Source: Gaiellaceae bacterium
Lineage (GTDB): Bacteria; Actinomycetota; Thermoleophilia; Gaiellales; Gaiellaceae
DNA: 56,967 nt
Reading direction: 5' to 3'
Assembly: GCA_036505325.1 (NCBI GenBank)
Contig: DASXTR010000218.1
Coordinates: forward strand, 1-56,967
The notes beneath the pieces were generated by a model, which worked only from the letters and a program-made list of their open reading frames with translations, was not told where the DNA came from and ran no database searches. Below, in pieces: positions 38,673 through 50,399 of the stretch. The position numbers and the translations under genes are program-made. Position 1 is the stretch's first letter. Every line of letters begins with the position of its first letter.

Positions 38673-39710
38673 GTGCCCGTGAGAACCCTCCTCGTGACGG
38701 TGCTCGTCTCCGCAGCCGCGGCCGCGCTCGCAGCGGCGGCCGCGGACGCGCGGCCCCACAGGCTGCAGGCGCCCCGCGTCGCCGATCTCGCCTACCCGGG
38801 GACGATCCGTACGACCGCGGCGACGCCGAAGACCCTGCGGGTGCTCGCCGCGAGCTCGTTCTGGGGCGGCACCTACACGGCGAACACCGGCGAGCCCGTG
38901 ACGATCTACGCGTCCACGGCCTATCCCGAGGATCCCGCCGTTCCGCAGCGCTGGGCGGACTTTCTCGCCTCGCTCCTGCACGGCCCCGAGCTCGCGGGCG
39001 TGCGCGTCTTCCTCCAGCCGGAGGAGGAGATCTCCCGCAGCTGCGGCGCGCGCGCGCTCGCATGCTACGACTCGGGCTCGTCGATCCTGATCGCTCCCGG
39101 CGAGGACGTCCTCGACGGGCCGACCGCGGAGTCGATCGTCGCGCACGAGTACGGCCACCACGTCGCCGCGCACCGCGCGAACAACCCGTGGCCGGCGGTC
39201 GAATGGGGCACGAAGCGCTGGGCGACCTACGAGGAGGTCTGCTTGCGCACCGCGAAGGGCATCCTCTCGCCGGGCAACGAGGGCGACAACTACTCGGTCA
39301 ATCCCGGCGAGGGATTCGCCGAGACGTACCGCGTGCTGAACGAGCGCCGCCTCGGCCTGGCCGAGACCCCGTGGCAGATCGTCGACCAGTTCCTCTATCC
39401 CGACGACGCGGCGCTCGCCACGGTCGAGCAGGACGTGACGACGCCCTGGACGGGCACCACGATCCTCCGGTACTCCGGAGCAGCGAAGACGAGGACGTTC
39501 ACGATCGCGACGCCGCTCGACGGGACCCTCCGTGCCTTCGTCCGCGGGAAGTACCGCGTCGACCTGCTATCGGGCGCCGGGGCACGCGTCGCGGGCGGGA
39601 CCGCGACGGCGAGCGCCACGGTCTGCGGCGCGCGCACGTTCAAGGTGCGCGTCACGCGCAACGCAACGGCGAAGTCCGGGTCGTTCGCCCTGACGGTCTC
39701 GCGGCCGTGA
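38673..39710 (+). CDS. secreted hypothetical protein with HExxH zinc-metalloprotease motif
   Basis: Signal-like [26 protein letters not shown]; motif [13 protein letters not shown]. Start set at GTG 38673 within ORF 38562..39710. The stop overlaps the response-regulator start (GTGA). Confidence 0.6.
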   Translation: MPVRTLLVTVLVSAAAAALAAAAADARPHRLQAPRVADLAYPGTIRTTAATPKTLRVLAASSFWGGTYTANTGEPVTIYASTAYPEDPAVPQRWADFLASLLHGPELAGVRVFLQPEEEISRSCGARALACYDSGSSILIAPGEDVLDGPTAESIVAHEYGHHVAAHRANNPWPAVEWGTKRWATYEEVCLRTAKGILSPGNEGDNYSVNPGEGFAETYRVLNERRLGLAETPWQIVDQFLYPDDAALATVEQDVTTPWTGTTILRYSGAAKTRTFTIATPLDGTLRAFVRGKYRVDLLSGAGARVAGGTATASATVCGARTFKVRVTRNATAKSGSFALTVSRP

Positions 39711-40396
39711 GCGTTCCGGGCAAGATCCTGGTCGTCGACGACGAGCGCGCGCTCCGCGACTCCCTGCGCCGCGCCCTCGCTCTCGAGGGCTACGACGTGG
39801 AGCTCGCTGCAGACGGGGAGGAGGCCCTCTATCGCCTCACCGCGCGCGAGGTCGAGCCGGACGCGATCGTCCTCGATGTGCTGATGCCGCGCGTCGACGG
39901 GCTCGAGGTCGCCCGCCGGCTACGCAAGGCCGGCAACAGCACGCCGATCCTGATGCTGACGGCGCGCGACCAGGTCGAGGACCGCGTCGCCGGCCTCGAC
40001 GCGGGCGCAGACGACTACGTCGTGAAGCCGTTCGCGCTCGAGGAGCTCTTCGCACGCGTGCGAGCGCTGTTGCGGCGCACGAGCGACGGCGCCGGCGGCA
40101 TGCTCCGCTTCGCCGACCTCGAGCTCGACCCCGCGACGCGCGAGGTGCGGCGCGACGAGGAGCGCATCGAGCTCACGCGCACCGAGTTTGCGCTGCTCGA
40201 GCTGTTCCTGCTCAACCCGCGCCAGGTTCTGACGCGGACGCTGATCTTCGAGCGCGTGTGGGGCTACGACTTCGGCCTCTCGTCGAACTCGCTCGACGTC
40301 TACATCGGATACCTCCGGCGCAAGACGGAGGTCGCCGGCAAGCCGCGCCTGATCCAGACGGTGCGCGGCGTCGGCTACGCGCTGCGCGAGCCGTGA
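39707..40396 (+). CDS. OmpR-family response regulator (MprA-like)
   Basis: Receiver domain [14 protein letters not shown]...[14 protein letters not shown]...MLTARD. Winged helix [11 protein letters not shown]. Confidence 0.9.
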   Translation: MSVPGKILVVDDERALRDSLRRALALEGYDVELAADGEEALYRLTAREVEPDAIVLDVLMPRVDGLEVARRLRKAGNSTPILMLTARDQVEDRVAGLDAGADDYVVKPFALEELFARVRALLRRTSDGAGGMLRFADLELDPATREVRRDEERIELTRTEFALLELFLLNPRQVLTRTLIFERVWGYDFGLSSNSLDVYIGYLRRKTEVAGKPRLIQTVRGVGYALREP

Positions 40397-41754
40397 GCTT
40401 CCGGGGGCGCCTGACGATCGCCGCCGCGGCCGCGGTCGCAGTCGCGATCGCGCTCGCTGCGCCCGTCGTCTATGTCGTCGTTCGCAACGAGCTGCTGGGA
40501 CAGGTCGACGACTCGCTGCGCGAGCGCGCGACGTCGATCGCGCGCATCCCGCTTCGCCCGGGCTTCGACGCGCAGGGGCACGTCGGAGTTACCATCCCGC
40601 ACGGGCCGTTCGGCGACCCGGGCGGCTACGTCCAGTACGTCGACTCGCACGGGACCGTTGCGACGCCGAACGACGAGCACTATGCGGGTGAGGACGTCGT
40701 GAAGCTCCCCGTCGGGCCCGGCCGACGGGTGGCGGCAGGCTCCCAGACGATCACGTTCACCGACGCGAACGTCGCGGGCACGCACGTGCGCATGGTCACC
40801 ATGCCGACGGAGACGCCCGGGATCGCGGTGCAGGTCGCGCGCTCGTTGGAGGAGGTCGACGCGACGCTCGGCCGCGTCCGGAACCTCCTGCTTGCCGTCG
40901 TCCTCGCCGGCATCGCACTCGCGACCGCGTTCGGCGCGCTCGTGGCGCGCGCCGCGCTCGCGCCGGTCCGCCGCCTCACCGAGGCGACCGAGCACGTGAC
41001 CGAGACACGCGACCTGAGCGCCCGCCTCGACGCGAGCGGTTCGGACGAGCTGAGCCGCCTGTCGTCGAGCTTCAACCGGATGATGGGCGCGCTCGAGAGC
41101 TCGCAGCGTGCGCAGCGCCAGCTCGTCGCCGACGCGTCGCACGAGCTGCGCACGCCGCTCACGAGCATGCGCACCAACATCGAGGTCCTCGCCCTCGATC
41201 GCGAGCTGCCGCAGGGCGAACGCGAACGCCTCCTGGCCGACGTCGTCGACCAGTTCAGCCAGATGGCGGAGCTGATCGGCGAGCTGACCGAGCTCGCGCG
41301 CGGCGAGCGCGAGCAGGCGCCGCACGAGGAAGTGCGGCTCGACCTCGTCGCGGCCGAGGCCGCGCGTCGCACGCGGCGCAATTACCCGGACGCGACGATC
41401 GACGAGGAGCTCGAGGAGACGACGGTGGTCGGCGACCCGGTCGCGCTCGACCGCGCGATCGGGAATCTGCTGGACAACGCGGCGAAGTGGAGCCCGCCCG
41501 GGGTTCCGATCGAGCTCCGCGTCGCGGCCGGCGAGGTCGTCGTGCGCGACCGCGGGCCCGGGATCGACGAGTGCGACGCCCCGCACGTCTTCGACCGCTT
41601 CTACCGCGCCGACGCCGCCCGCGCGATGCCGGGGTCGGGCCTCGGGCTCGCGATCGTGCGCCAGGTGGCCGAGAGCCACGGCGGGTCGGTGACCGTCGAG
41701 CGCCCCGAGGACGGCGGGACCTTGATGCAGCTCCGGCTCTTATCGGCTTCTTAG
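40393..41754 (+). CDS. sensor histidine kinase (MprB-like)
   Basis: Two TM segments plus HAMP; H-box [13 protein letters not shown]; N-box LLDNAAKWS; G-box [12 protein letters not shown] 40393 overlaps the RR stop. Confidence 0.9.
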   Translation: MSFRGRLTIAAAAAVAVAIALAAPVVYVVVRNELLGQVDDSLRERATSIARIPLRPGFDAQGHVGVTIPHGPFGDPGGYVQYVDSHGTVATPNDEHYAGEDVVKLPVGPGRRVAAGSQTITFTDANVAGTHVRMVTMPTETPGIAVQVARSLEEVDATLGRVRNLLLAVVLAGIALATAFGALVARAALAPVRRLTEATEHVTETRDLSARLDASGSDELSRLSSSFNRMMGALESSQRAQRQLVADASHELRTPLTSMRTNIEVLALDRELPQGERERLLADVVDQFSQMAELIGELTELARGEREQAPHEEVRLDLVAAEAARRTRRNYPDATIDEELEETTVVGDPVALDRAIGNLLDNAAKWSPPGVPIELRVAAGEVVVRDRGPGIDECDAPHVFDRFYRADAARAMPGSGLGLAIVRQVAESHGGSVTVERPEDGGTLMQLRLLSAS

Positions 41755-41858
41755 CGCGTCTTCAGCGCGCCTTCAGAGCCGGGCACGAGCATGCGACGCA
41801 GCTCAACCTGATTCCGACGCGCCGCGTGCGGCCTGCGCGTGCCGGAGCCGAACGCGAC

Positions 41859-41892
41859 GGCCGAGCGCCTGCTCGAAAGGTGGGGCTCGGCC
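41859..41892. terminator. GC-rich hairpin between convergent genes
   Basis: GGCCGAGC-N18-GCTCGGCC, with no U-tract. Confidence 0.3.
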
Positions 41893-41911
41893 GTCGTGGC
41901 CAGCGTCTGAC

Positions 41912-42472
41912 CTAGCCGACGTCGGTCGGAAGGAGCGAGTAGATGAGGGCGTCGGCGCGCCGCGCGTCAAAGACGAGGTAGGCGCGCAGGTGCCCTTCCC
42001 GCTGGAACCCGACGCTCTCCAGGACGCGCTGGGACGCGGTGTTCTCCGGTTCGACGAGCGCCTCCACGCGCGCCAGCCCCGCGTCCATGAGGGCCCACCG
42101 GGCAAGCAGGCCGACCGCCCGCGACGCGAGCCGGCGCCCGCGCGCCCGTTCGACCACCCAGTAGCCGATGCCGGCACTCGCCGGCTGTGGTCTGAGCAGG
42201 AGGACGACGGCGCCAAGCGCCTCTTCGGACCCCGCGTCGGCGATTGCCAGCGACAGTCCCTCGCCGTTTTCCACCCGCCCCCATTGGCGCTCGATCCAGG
42301 CCAGACCCTCGGCCTCCGTGAACGCTGCGGGCACCGTCGTGCCTTCGGGAATGCGCGGATCCCGGGCCGCTTCCTCGACGCACGCGATGTCGGATTTCGC
42401 CCAGCGCCGCAGCACGACGACGCCGTCGGTTAAGCGTGGCGCGGGGTACCGGAGCGAGCGCATTCTCGACAC
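41912..42472 (-). CDS. RimJ/RimL-like GNAT N-acetyltransferase
   Basis: LTDGVVVLRRW...IGYWVVERARGRRLASRAVGLLARWAL...VEPENTASQRVLESVGFQREG. Confidence 0.8.
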   Translation of the reverse strand: MSRMRSLRYPAPRLTDGVVVLRRWAKSDIACVEEAARDPRIPEGTTVPAAFTEAEGLAWIERQWGRVENGEGLSLAIADAGSEEALGAVVLLLRPQPASAGIGYWVVERARGRRLASRAVGLLARWALMDAGLARVEALVEPENTASQRVLESVGFQREGHLRAYLVFDARRADALIYSLLPTDVG

Positions 42473-42567
42473 GATCTCGCAACAACCCCCCTCACCGCGC
42501 GTCTTCCCATGTGACCGCGGGCCGCGCGTAGCGTCGCCGCGACCGCAGTCGAACGAGGAGGATGGGG

Positions 42568-42963
42568 ATGCAGGGGAAAGGGATCGCCGTCGCGGCGCTC
42601 GTATGCGGTGCCGCGGCCGCTGTGATCGGAGCCGCCGCGCGCGGAGGCGCTCGTCACCGATCCCGACCAGACGCGGCGGTGGATCTACGAGTTCGACGTC
42701 CGCAGCGAGACGTACACGGCGGCCGGTGGGCTTACCGGATGGAGCTCGCCACCGACTCGATGGGCGACTTCACGCAGCTCGACGAGCATCGCTTCCTCGT
42801 GATCGAGTGCGACAACGCGCAAGGCGCTGCGGCGCTGCCGCTCGACGCGGCGCGCCTGCTGCTGATCGACGACAACAACTATCCGTTCAGCACGGGCCGG
42901 AATCCGTCGCTCCCGGACGACAACGAGCTGATCATCGTGCGGACCGGAGCGCTCAAGGGCTGA
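42568..42963 (+). pseudogene. truncated/frameshifted remnant of a phytase-like (esterase-like activity of phytase) secreted protein
   Basis: AGGAGG Shine-Dalgarno and a signal peptide MQGKGIAVAALVCGAAAAVIGAAA. Family-like segments are split over two frames: RRWIYEFDVRSETYT in frame +2, then YRMELATDSMGDFTQLDEHRFLVIECDNAQG and LLLIDDNNYPFS...DDNELIIV. It is far shorter than the several-hundred-aa proteins I associate with this family. Confidence 0.4.
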
Positions 42964-43060
42964 GACGGGGAGCGAGGAGGGGGAGCCGGGGGCGCCGGCG
43001 CCGAGCTGCGGATGTGCTCCGCGGCGGCGCCTCCGGCACGTGCTCTCCGGCGCGGGCTCA

Positions 43061-43645
43061 CTACGTGGTTCTCGCCGCGCGAGCCATGATCGCGCGGACG
43101 ACGTCGGTCTTCGCGTCGGCGTACTGCTGCATGTACTTCCAGTCGCGCGCCGCGAGCTCGCGCTTCGCCGCCGCGTACAGCTCGCGATCGCGCGCGTTCG
43201 CTCGCAGATGGTCGCGGAACAGCAGCATCGCGTCGACCTCGGGGCATCCGGCAGGGAAGACGTGCAGATTGACGTCCGTGTCCGGGCCCTTGAACACCCG
43301 ATGCTCGAACCAGTCGGGTTCGCGGACGCGGAGGACGTAGCCCGCCGCCTCCAGGTCCGGCACGTACGACGGCTCGTCGGCCGTGTCCGCCACCTCGAGG
43401 AGGATGTCGACCCGCGGCTTGGCGGCGAGGCCGGGGACCGACGTGGAGCCGGCGTGCTCGATCCGCACGACGCGGTCGCCGAGGACCGACCGGATCCGTT
43501 CCTCCTCGCGCTCGTACAGCACCGGCCACTCCGGGTCGTACTCGACGATCTCGATCGGCGTCGTCAGCGGCTGCGGCCCGCCGAGCGTGACCCGCGCGAG
43601 GTCGGCGTCGTACGCCGCTACGTCGTTCGGGTCGCGCGAGCTCAC
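43061..43645 (-). CDS. GrpB-family protein
   Basis: IEIVEYDPEWPVLYEREEERI...IEHAGSTSVPGLAAKPRVDILLEV. Confidence 0.85.
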   Translation of the reverse strand: MSSRDPNDVAAYDADLARVTLGGPQPLTTPIEIVEYDPEWPVLYEREEERIRSVLGDRVVRIEHAGSTSVPGLAAKPRVDILLEVADTADEPSYVPDLEAAGYVLRVREPDWFEHRVFKGPDTDVNLHVFPAGCPEVDAMLLFRDHLRANARDRELYAAAKRELAARDWKYMQQYADAKTDVVRAIMARAARTT

Positions 43646-43932
43646 GGCCGCGAGACGTCGATCGTGTACGCGCCGCCGCCGGCTGCGCCGGTCCGGTCAA
43701 CCCGCAGTGCGTCGGCGGCCGCGACGATCGTCCCGTCCGCCGGCGCGTAGCAGCCCGAGGCGCCCAGCCCGCACGGCCGCTGCACCGGCGCGAACGGCCC
43801 CAGCCCGAGGGTCACGCGCGCGAGCTCCGGCCCGTGGACGAGCGAGGCCAGGTAGCAGTCGCGGGGAGCGCGAGCGCCGGTGCGGCGGTGAGGGTCGCGA
43901 CCCGCATGAGCCGATCCCGTACCCTAGCCCGC

Positions 43933-45081
43933 GTGACCGCCACGCCTGCTCCCGCGGCCGTCGGCACGGACATCGTCCGCTGGCGCCGGCACCTGCACGC
44001 GAATCCGGAGCTGTCGTTCCAGGAGCACGAGACCGCACGCTTCGTCGAGGAGACGCTGCGCTCCTTCGGCGGCGGCCTCGAGCTCGAGCGGCCGACGCCG
44101 ACGAGCGTCGTCGCGCGGCTCCGGACGGGCGACGGACCGACGCTCGCGCTGCGCGCGGACATTGACGCGCTGCCGATCGAGGAGGAGAGCGCGGTGGCGT
44201 TCCGTTCGACGCGTCCCGGCGTGATGCACGCGTGCGGCCACGATGCGCACACGGCGATCCTCCTCGGCGTCGCACGCACCCTGCTCGAGCGGCGAGACGA
44301 GATCGCCGGAGAGGTGCGGTTCGTCTTCCAGCACGCCGAGGAGGTCCCGCCCGGCGGAGCGAGCGAGCTCATCGCCGCAGGCGTCCTCGACGGAGTCGAC
44401 GCGATCGTCGGCGCCCACGTCTTCTCGCGGGAGGAGCGCGGGACGGTCGCGGTGCCGGTCGGCCCGTTCATGGCGGCGCCGGACGAGTTCGAGATCACCG
44501 TCCGCGGGAAAGGCGGACACGCGGCGATGGTGCACGAGGCCGTCGACCCGGTGGTCGCCGCCGCGCAGATCGTCACGAACCTCCAGCAGATCGTGTCGCG
44601 CGAGGTGAACCCGATCGATCGCGCGGTTGTGAGCGTGACGCGTATCGCCGGCGGCACGGCGAGCAACATCGTCCCCGAGCAGGTCGTCCTCGGCGGCACC
44701 GTTCGGACGTTCAGGCCGGAGGTGCAGGAGCAGATCCGCGACGCGCTCGCGCGCGTCGCGACGGGTGTCGCCGGCGCCCACCGCTGCACCGCCGAGCTGC
44801 GCTACGAGCTCGGCTACGCCACGACCGTCAACGACGCGGGCGTGGCAGCGCTCGTCGCGCGCAACGTCGAGGCGGGGCGGCTGACCGAGATCGAGCCGAT
44901 CATGGGCGGCGAGGACTTCTCGGCGTACCAGCAGGTCGTCCCGGGCTGCTTCTTCATCGTCGGCGCCGGCGGCAAGGACGCGGCGCCGCACCACCACCCG
45001 CGCTTCACGATCGACGAGGACGCGCTGCCGGTCGTGCACGACGTGTTCGTGCGGACGGCGCTCGACTTCCTGCGGCCGTGA
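43933..45081 (+). CDS. M20D amidohydrolase (N-acyl-amino-acid/hippurate hydrolase-like)
   Basis: WRRHLHANPELSFQEHETARFV...ALRADIDALP...MHACGHDAHTAILLG. TACCCT lies 7 nt before GTG 43933. Confidence 0.85.
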   Translation: MTATPAPAAVGTDIVRWRRHLHANPELSFQEHETARFVEETLRSFGGGLELERPTPTSVVARLRTGDGPTLALRADIDALPIEEESAVAFRSTRPGVMHACGHDAHTAILLGVARTLLERRDEIAGEVRFVFQHAEEVPPGGASELIAAGVLDGVDAIVGAHVFSREERGTVAVPVGPFMAAPDEFEITVRGKGGHAAMVHEAVDPVVAAAQIVTNLQQIVSREVNPIDRAVVSVTRIAGGTASNIVPEQVVLGGTVRTFRPEVQEQIRDALARVATGVAGAHRCTAELRYELGYATTVNDAGVAALVARNVEAGRLTEIEPIMGGEDFSAYQQVVPGCFFIVGAGGKDAAPHHHPRFTIDEDALPVVHDVFVRTALDFLRP

Positions 45082-45896
45082 GCCAGCCCGTCGAGCTGCA
45101 CGTCATCTCCGACTCGACCGGCGAGACCGCGGCGCGGCTCGTGCAGGCGCTCGAGGCGCAGTTCCCGGAGCAGGAGTTCCTCGAGATCCGCCATCCGCGC
45201 GTCGAGACCGTGGACGATCTCCACCTCGCGGTCGACCGGATGAAGGGACGGCCGGCGGTCGTCGTCTACACGCTCGTCGAACCCGAGCTGCGCGAGGAGA
45301 TGCGCGCCTGCTGCCGCCGCGCGAAGCTCCACTACTGCGACCTCCTGTCGCAGCCGCTCGAGGCGGTGGCGAAGGTCTCCGGGCAGGCGGCGAAGATGAA
45401 GCCGGGCGCCCGGCCGCCGCTGAACGAGCACTACTTCCGCCGGATGTCCGCGATCGAGTTCGCGGTCAAGTACGACGACGGACTCGGCACCGGCCTCGAC
45501 CAGGCGGACATCGTCCTCGTCGGGGTGTCGCGCACGTCGAAGACCCCGCTCTCGATCTACCTCGGGTATCTCGGCTACAAGACTGCGAACGTTCCGCTCG
45601 TCAAGGGAATCGATCCGCCCGAGGAGCTGTTCCGTGTCGACCCCTCGAAGATCGTCGGGCTGACGATCGACGCGCAGCGGCTCTCGGAGATCCGGGAGGA
45701 GCGAATCCGCTGGATGCGCGGCGACCGCAAGTACGCGAACCTCGTTGAGATCTACGAGGAGCTCGAGTACGCGGAGCAGGTGCACCGCCGCCTCGGGTGT
45801 CCGACGATCGAGGTGAGCGAGCTCTCGATCGAGGAGATCGCGCTGCGCATCGTCCGGCTCATCGAGCAGCGCTCCACCGAGGCCAGAACCGCGTGA
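45078..45896 (+). CDS. pyruvate,phosphate dikinase regulatory protein (bifunctional kinase/pyrophosphorylase, DUF299)
   Basis: LHVISDSTGETA... and the P-loop VGVSRTSKTPLSIYL. GTG 45078 overlaps the previous stop (GTGA). Confidence 0.85.
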   Translation: MSQPVELHVISDSTGETAARLVQALEAQFPEQEFLEIRHPRVETVDDLHLAVDRMKGRPAVVVYTLVEPELREEMRACCRRAKLHYCDLLSQPLEAVAKVSGQAAKMKPGARPPLNEHYFRRMSAIEFAVKYDDGLGTGLDQADIVLVGVSRTSKTPLSIYLGYLGYKTANVPLVKGIDPPEELFRVDPSKIVGLTIDAQRLSEIREERIRWMRGDRKYANLVEIYEELEYAEQVHRRLGCPTIEVSELSIEEIALRIVRLIEQRSTEARTA

Positions 45897-46051
45897 AGCC
45901 GAAACCGCCCGTCCCCGCGTGGCGCTGGGCCACGTGGTACACCGCGCTCGGGCTCGCCCTCGTCGTCTTCTACGGCCTGTTCACGCCGTTCTGGTTCGGC
46001 CTGCGGGCGCTCGCGTGGCTGGCGGAGTTCCGCGCGCGCCGCCGGTCGTAG
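45893..46051 (+). CDS. small membrane protein (52 aa)
   Basis: VKPKPPVPAWRWATWYTALGLALVVFYGLFTPFWFGLRALAWLAEFRARRRS. GTG 45893 overlaps the previous stop (GTGA). Confidence 0.5.
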   Translation: MKPKPPVPAWRWATWYTALGLALVVFYGLFTPFWFGLRALAWLAEFRARRRS

Positions 46052-46054
46052 ACT
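46049..46054 (+). promoter_or_regulatory. putative -10 hexamer TAGACT, 6 nt before ATG 46061
   Basis: TAGACT-TCCCGC-ATG. The hexamer includes the TAG stop of the preceding small ORF. Confidence 0.4.
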
Positions 46055-46060
46055 TCCCGC

Positions 46061-46453
46061 ATGTCCGAGTACACGATCAAGAACCTCAAGGAAGTCGAGG
46101 ACGCGGCTCCGAACTTCGGCCTCTCGCCGAACCTCGAGGCGCGCTTCGCCCGCAAGGCGCTCGAGTGCGAGCAGACCGGCCTCGCCTACGAGCGGCTGGC
46201 CCCGAACGTCCGCACCGGGTTCGGCCACAAGCACGAGAACCAGGAGGAGATCTACGTCGTCGTCGGCGGCGGGGGCCGCGTCAAGATCGAGGACGATATC
46301 CGCGACGTGAGCCGGTGGGATGCGATTCGCGTGGGGCCGGGCACGATGCGCGAGTTCGAGGCGGGCCCCGACGGGATCGAGCTGATCGCGTTCGGCGCGC
46401 CGGCCATCGGCGAGAACGACGCGGAGCTCGTCCCCGGTTGGTGGTCCGACTAG
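46061..46453 (+). CDS. cupin-domain protein
   Basis: GFGHKHENQEEIYVVVGGGGRVKIED...IRVGPGTMREFEAGPDG. Confidence 0.75.
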   Translation: MSEYTIKNLKEVEDAAPNFGLSPNLEARFARKALECEQTGLAYERLAPNVRTGFGHKHENQEEIYVVVGGGGRVKIEDDIRDVSRWDAIRVGPGTMREFEAGPDGIELIAFGAPAIGENDAELVPGWWSD

Positions 46454-46464
46454 GATCACGCGCC

Positions 46465-49050
<2,586 letters not shown>

Positions 49051-49084
49051 CGAATCGGGGCACACGCGCGCGGCACTCCCGTCA

Positions 49085-49099
49085 CGGTGCCTGGCACCG
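49085..49099. repeat. palindrome CGGTGCCTGGCACCG, copy 1 (35 nt after ppdK stop)
   Basis: Can fold as a 6-bp stem with a 3-nt loop. An identical copy lies 90 bp downstream. Confidence 0.8.
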
Positions 49100-49174
49100 C
49101 GGACATGTCCGTTCGACCATCGCTTGAGCAGGGAAAAGGCACCTGAGCAGGCGCTTTTCACGACGATTCCACTG

Positions 49175-49189
49175 CGGTGCCTGGCACCG
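49175..49189. repeat. palindrome CGGTGCCTGGCACCG, copy 2 (29 nt after the stop of the convergent gene)
   Basis: Identical 15-mer to copy 1. Confidence 0.8.
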
Positions 49190-49217
49190 GGTTTCCGGAT
49201 TCTGTGTCAGCTCGCGG

Positions 49218-49574
49218 CTATCCGAGCTGTGAAACGAGCCGCTTCGGCGCCGTGCGGCAGTAGCTGTCCTCGATCAGTCCCGCCAGCTCCTCCCAGTCCT
49301 GGTCGACGTCGAGGTACGCGCCGATCCAGCCATGGTGGCCGACGTACGGCGGGACGAAGTAGCGATCGGGCGACGCGCCGACCAGGGCTTCCTGCAGGCC
49401 GGGCTCTGCTTTGAACCAGAGGGACCACCGCTGCACGTCGTGCAGCGAATGCCGCATGGCGAAGAGCTTGCCGCGCACCTTCCACGTCGGGTTGCCGACC
49501 CCACCGGCCTCGACCGCCTCCGGGAAGGCAAGGCAGATGGTACGGAGCCGCTCTAGCATCTCTTCCTCGCTCAT
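49218..49574 (-). CDS. MmcQ/YjbR-family protein
   Basis: MSEEEMLERLRTICLAFPEAVE...TWKVRGKLFAM...YFVPPYVGHHGWIGAYL. Start set at ATG 49574 within ORF 49218..49946. Confidence 0.75.
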   Translation of the reverse strand: MSEEEMLERLRTICLAFPEAVEAGGVGNPTWKVRGKLFAMRHSLHDVQRWSLWFKAEPGLQEALVGASPDRYFVPPYVGHHGWIGAYLDVDQDWEELAGLIEDSYCRTAPKRLVSQLG

Positions 49575-49734
49575 TGCAGCGAGCCTACCGCCCGAAGTTA
49601 CGCGGCGACCGTGCGCTGGTGGTCGAAGCAGTACACCGCGCGGCGGAAGTCTCGGGGCGATCGAGACACAATTTCCGGACCGGCCCGGACGAGCAATGTC
49701 TTTAGGCATGTGACTCGGCGGAGGGAGTTGCCTC

Positions 49735-50184
49735 TTGAAGACAGGTCCGTTCCCGTCTACGCTGCGGCGGGGCATGAGGGCACGTCTCGTTCTTCTTCCG
49801 CTGCTCGGAGTCGCCGCGCTCGCCGCCGGTCGCGTCGCGCCGACGACGGATGCGGCGCCGCTCAAGACCTGCGGCAGCGGGTACGTGCACGCGAATCTGA
49901 GCTGGGGCGAGAAGTGTCTGCGCCAAGGCCAGTACTGCAAGATCAAGGGCGATCGCGAGTACCACCCCTACGGCTTCCACTGCCACACCGGACGGCTCAG
50001 CCGGTCCTCGGCGGGTGCGAACAAGGCCGGTGCCGGCTGCCAGCCCGGTTACTCGCCGTGCCTCCCGCGGGTCGCCGACCTGAACTGCAGCGACATCCCG
50101 GACTCCAACAAGCCCATTCACGTCACCGGCGACGACCCGTACGGGCTCGACCGCGACGGCGACGGAATCGCGTGCGAGCCGTAA
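49735..50184 (+). CDS. secreted Cys-rich protein with C-terminal Excalibur calcium-binding domain
   Basis: Signal RRGMRARLVLLPLLGVAALAAG. C-terminus DLNCSDI...DDPYGLDRDGDGIACE. GGAGGG precedes TTG 49735; ATG 49774 is an alternative start. Confidence 0.7.
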   Translation: MKTGPFPSTLRRGMRARLVLLPLLGVAALAAGRVAPTTDAAPLKTCGSGYVHANLSWGEKCLRQGQYCKIKGDREYHPYGFHCHTGRLSRSSAGANKAGAGCQPGYSPCLPRVADLNCSDIPDSNKPIHVTGDDPYGLDRDGDGIACEP

Positions 50185-50257
50185 TTCGCCGTACCGCGGG
50201 ATGGTGGTGATTCGTTGTGGTGACGACGACCAACGCCATCGACGGGGGAGGCGCTCA

Positions 50258-50335
50258 ATGAGCTTGCTCTGGATCATCCTGATCATCGTGCTCGTGCTCG
50301 TGCTGCTCGGCTTCTTCGGGCGCGGCCGCTTCTAA
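50258..50335 (+). CDS. 25-aa hydrophobic mini-protein, not in the ORF track
   Basis: GGGGGAGG Shine-Dalgarno 6-7 nt before ATG 50258. Sequence MSLLWIILIIVLVLVLLGFFGRGRF, stop TAA 50333-50335, followed by a strong hairpin. Confidence 0.45.
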   Translation: MSLLWIILIIVLVLVLLGFFGRGRF

Positions 50336-50349
50336 GACGCATTCGGCGC

Positions 50350-50373
50350 GGGCGGGACGGCGGGGTCCCGCCC
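50350..50373 (+). terminator. GC-rich hairpin after the mini-ORF
   Basis: GGGCGGGAC-GGCGGG-GTCCCGCCC, a 9-bp stem. Confidence 0.4.
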
Positions 50374-50387
50374 GGCGCGAGCGACGC

Positions 50388-50393
50388 TAACGT
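50388..50393 (+). promoter_or_regulatory. putative -10 hexamer TAACGT, 6 nt before GTG 50400
   Basis: TAACGT-GGGCAC-GTG. Confidence 0.4.
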
Positions 50394-50399
50394 GGGCAC

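Noticed and set aside
43812-44789. 325-aa minus-strand ORF opposite the M20D amidohydrolase.
   Set aside because: It is Ser/Thr/Arg/Ala-rich low-complexity sequence, antisense to a gene with clear M20D motifs. Only its last 31 codons lie in the intergenic gap.
49085-49189. CRISPR-like or tandem-repeat array.
   Set aside because: There are only two 15-nt copies with a single 75-nt spacer, and no cas genes. No other regularly spaced repeats occur in the window.
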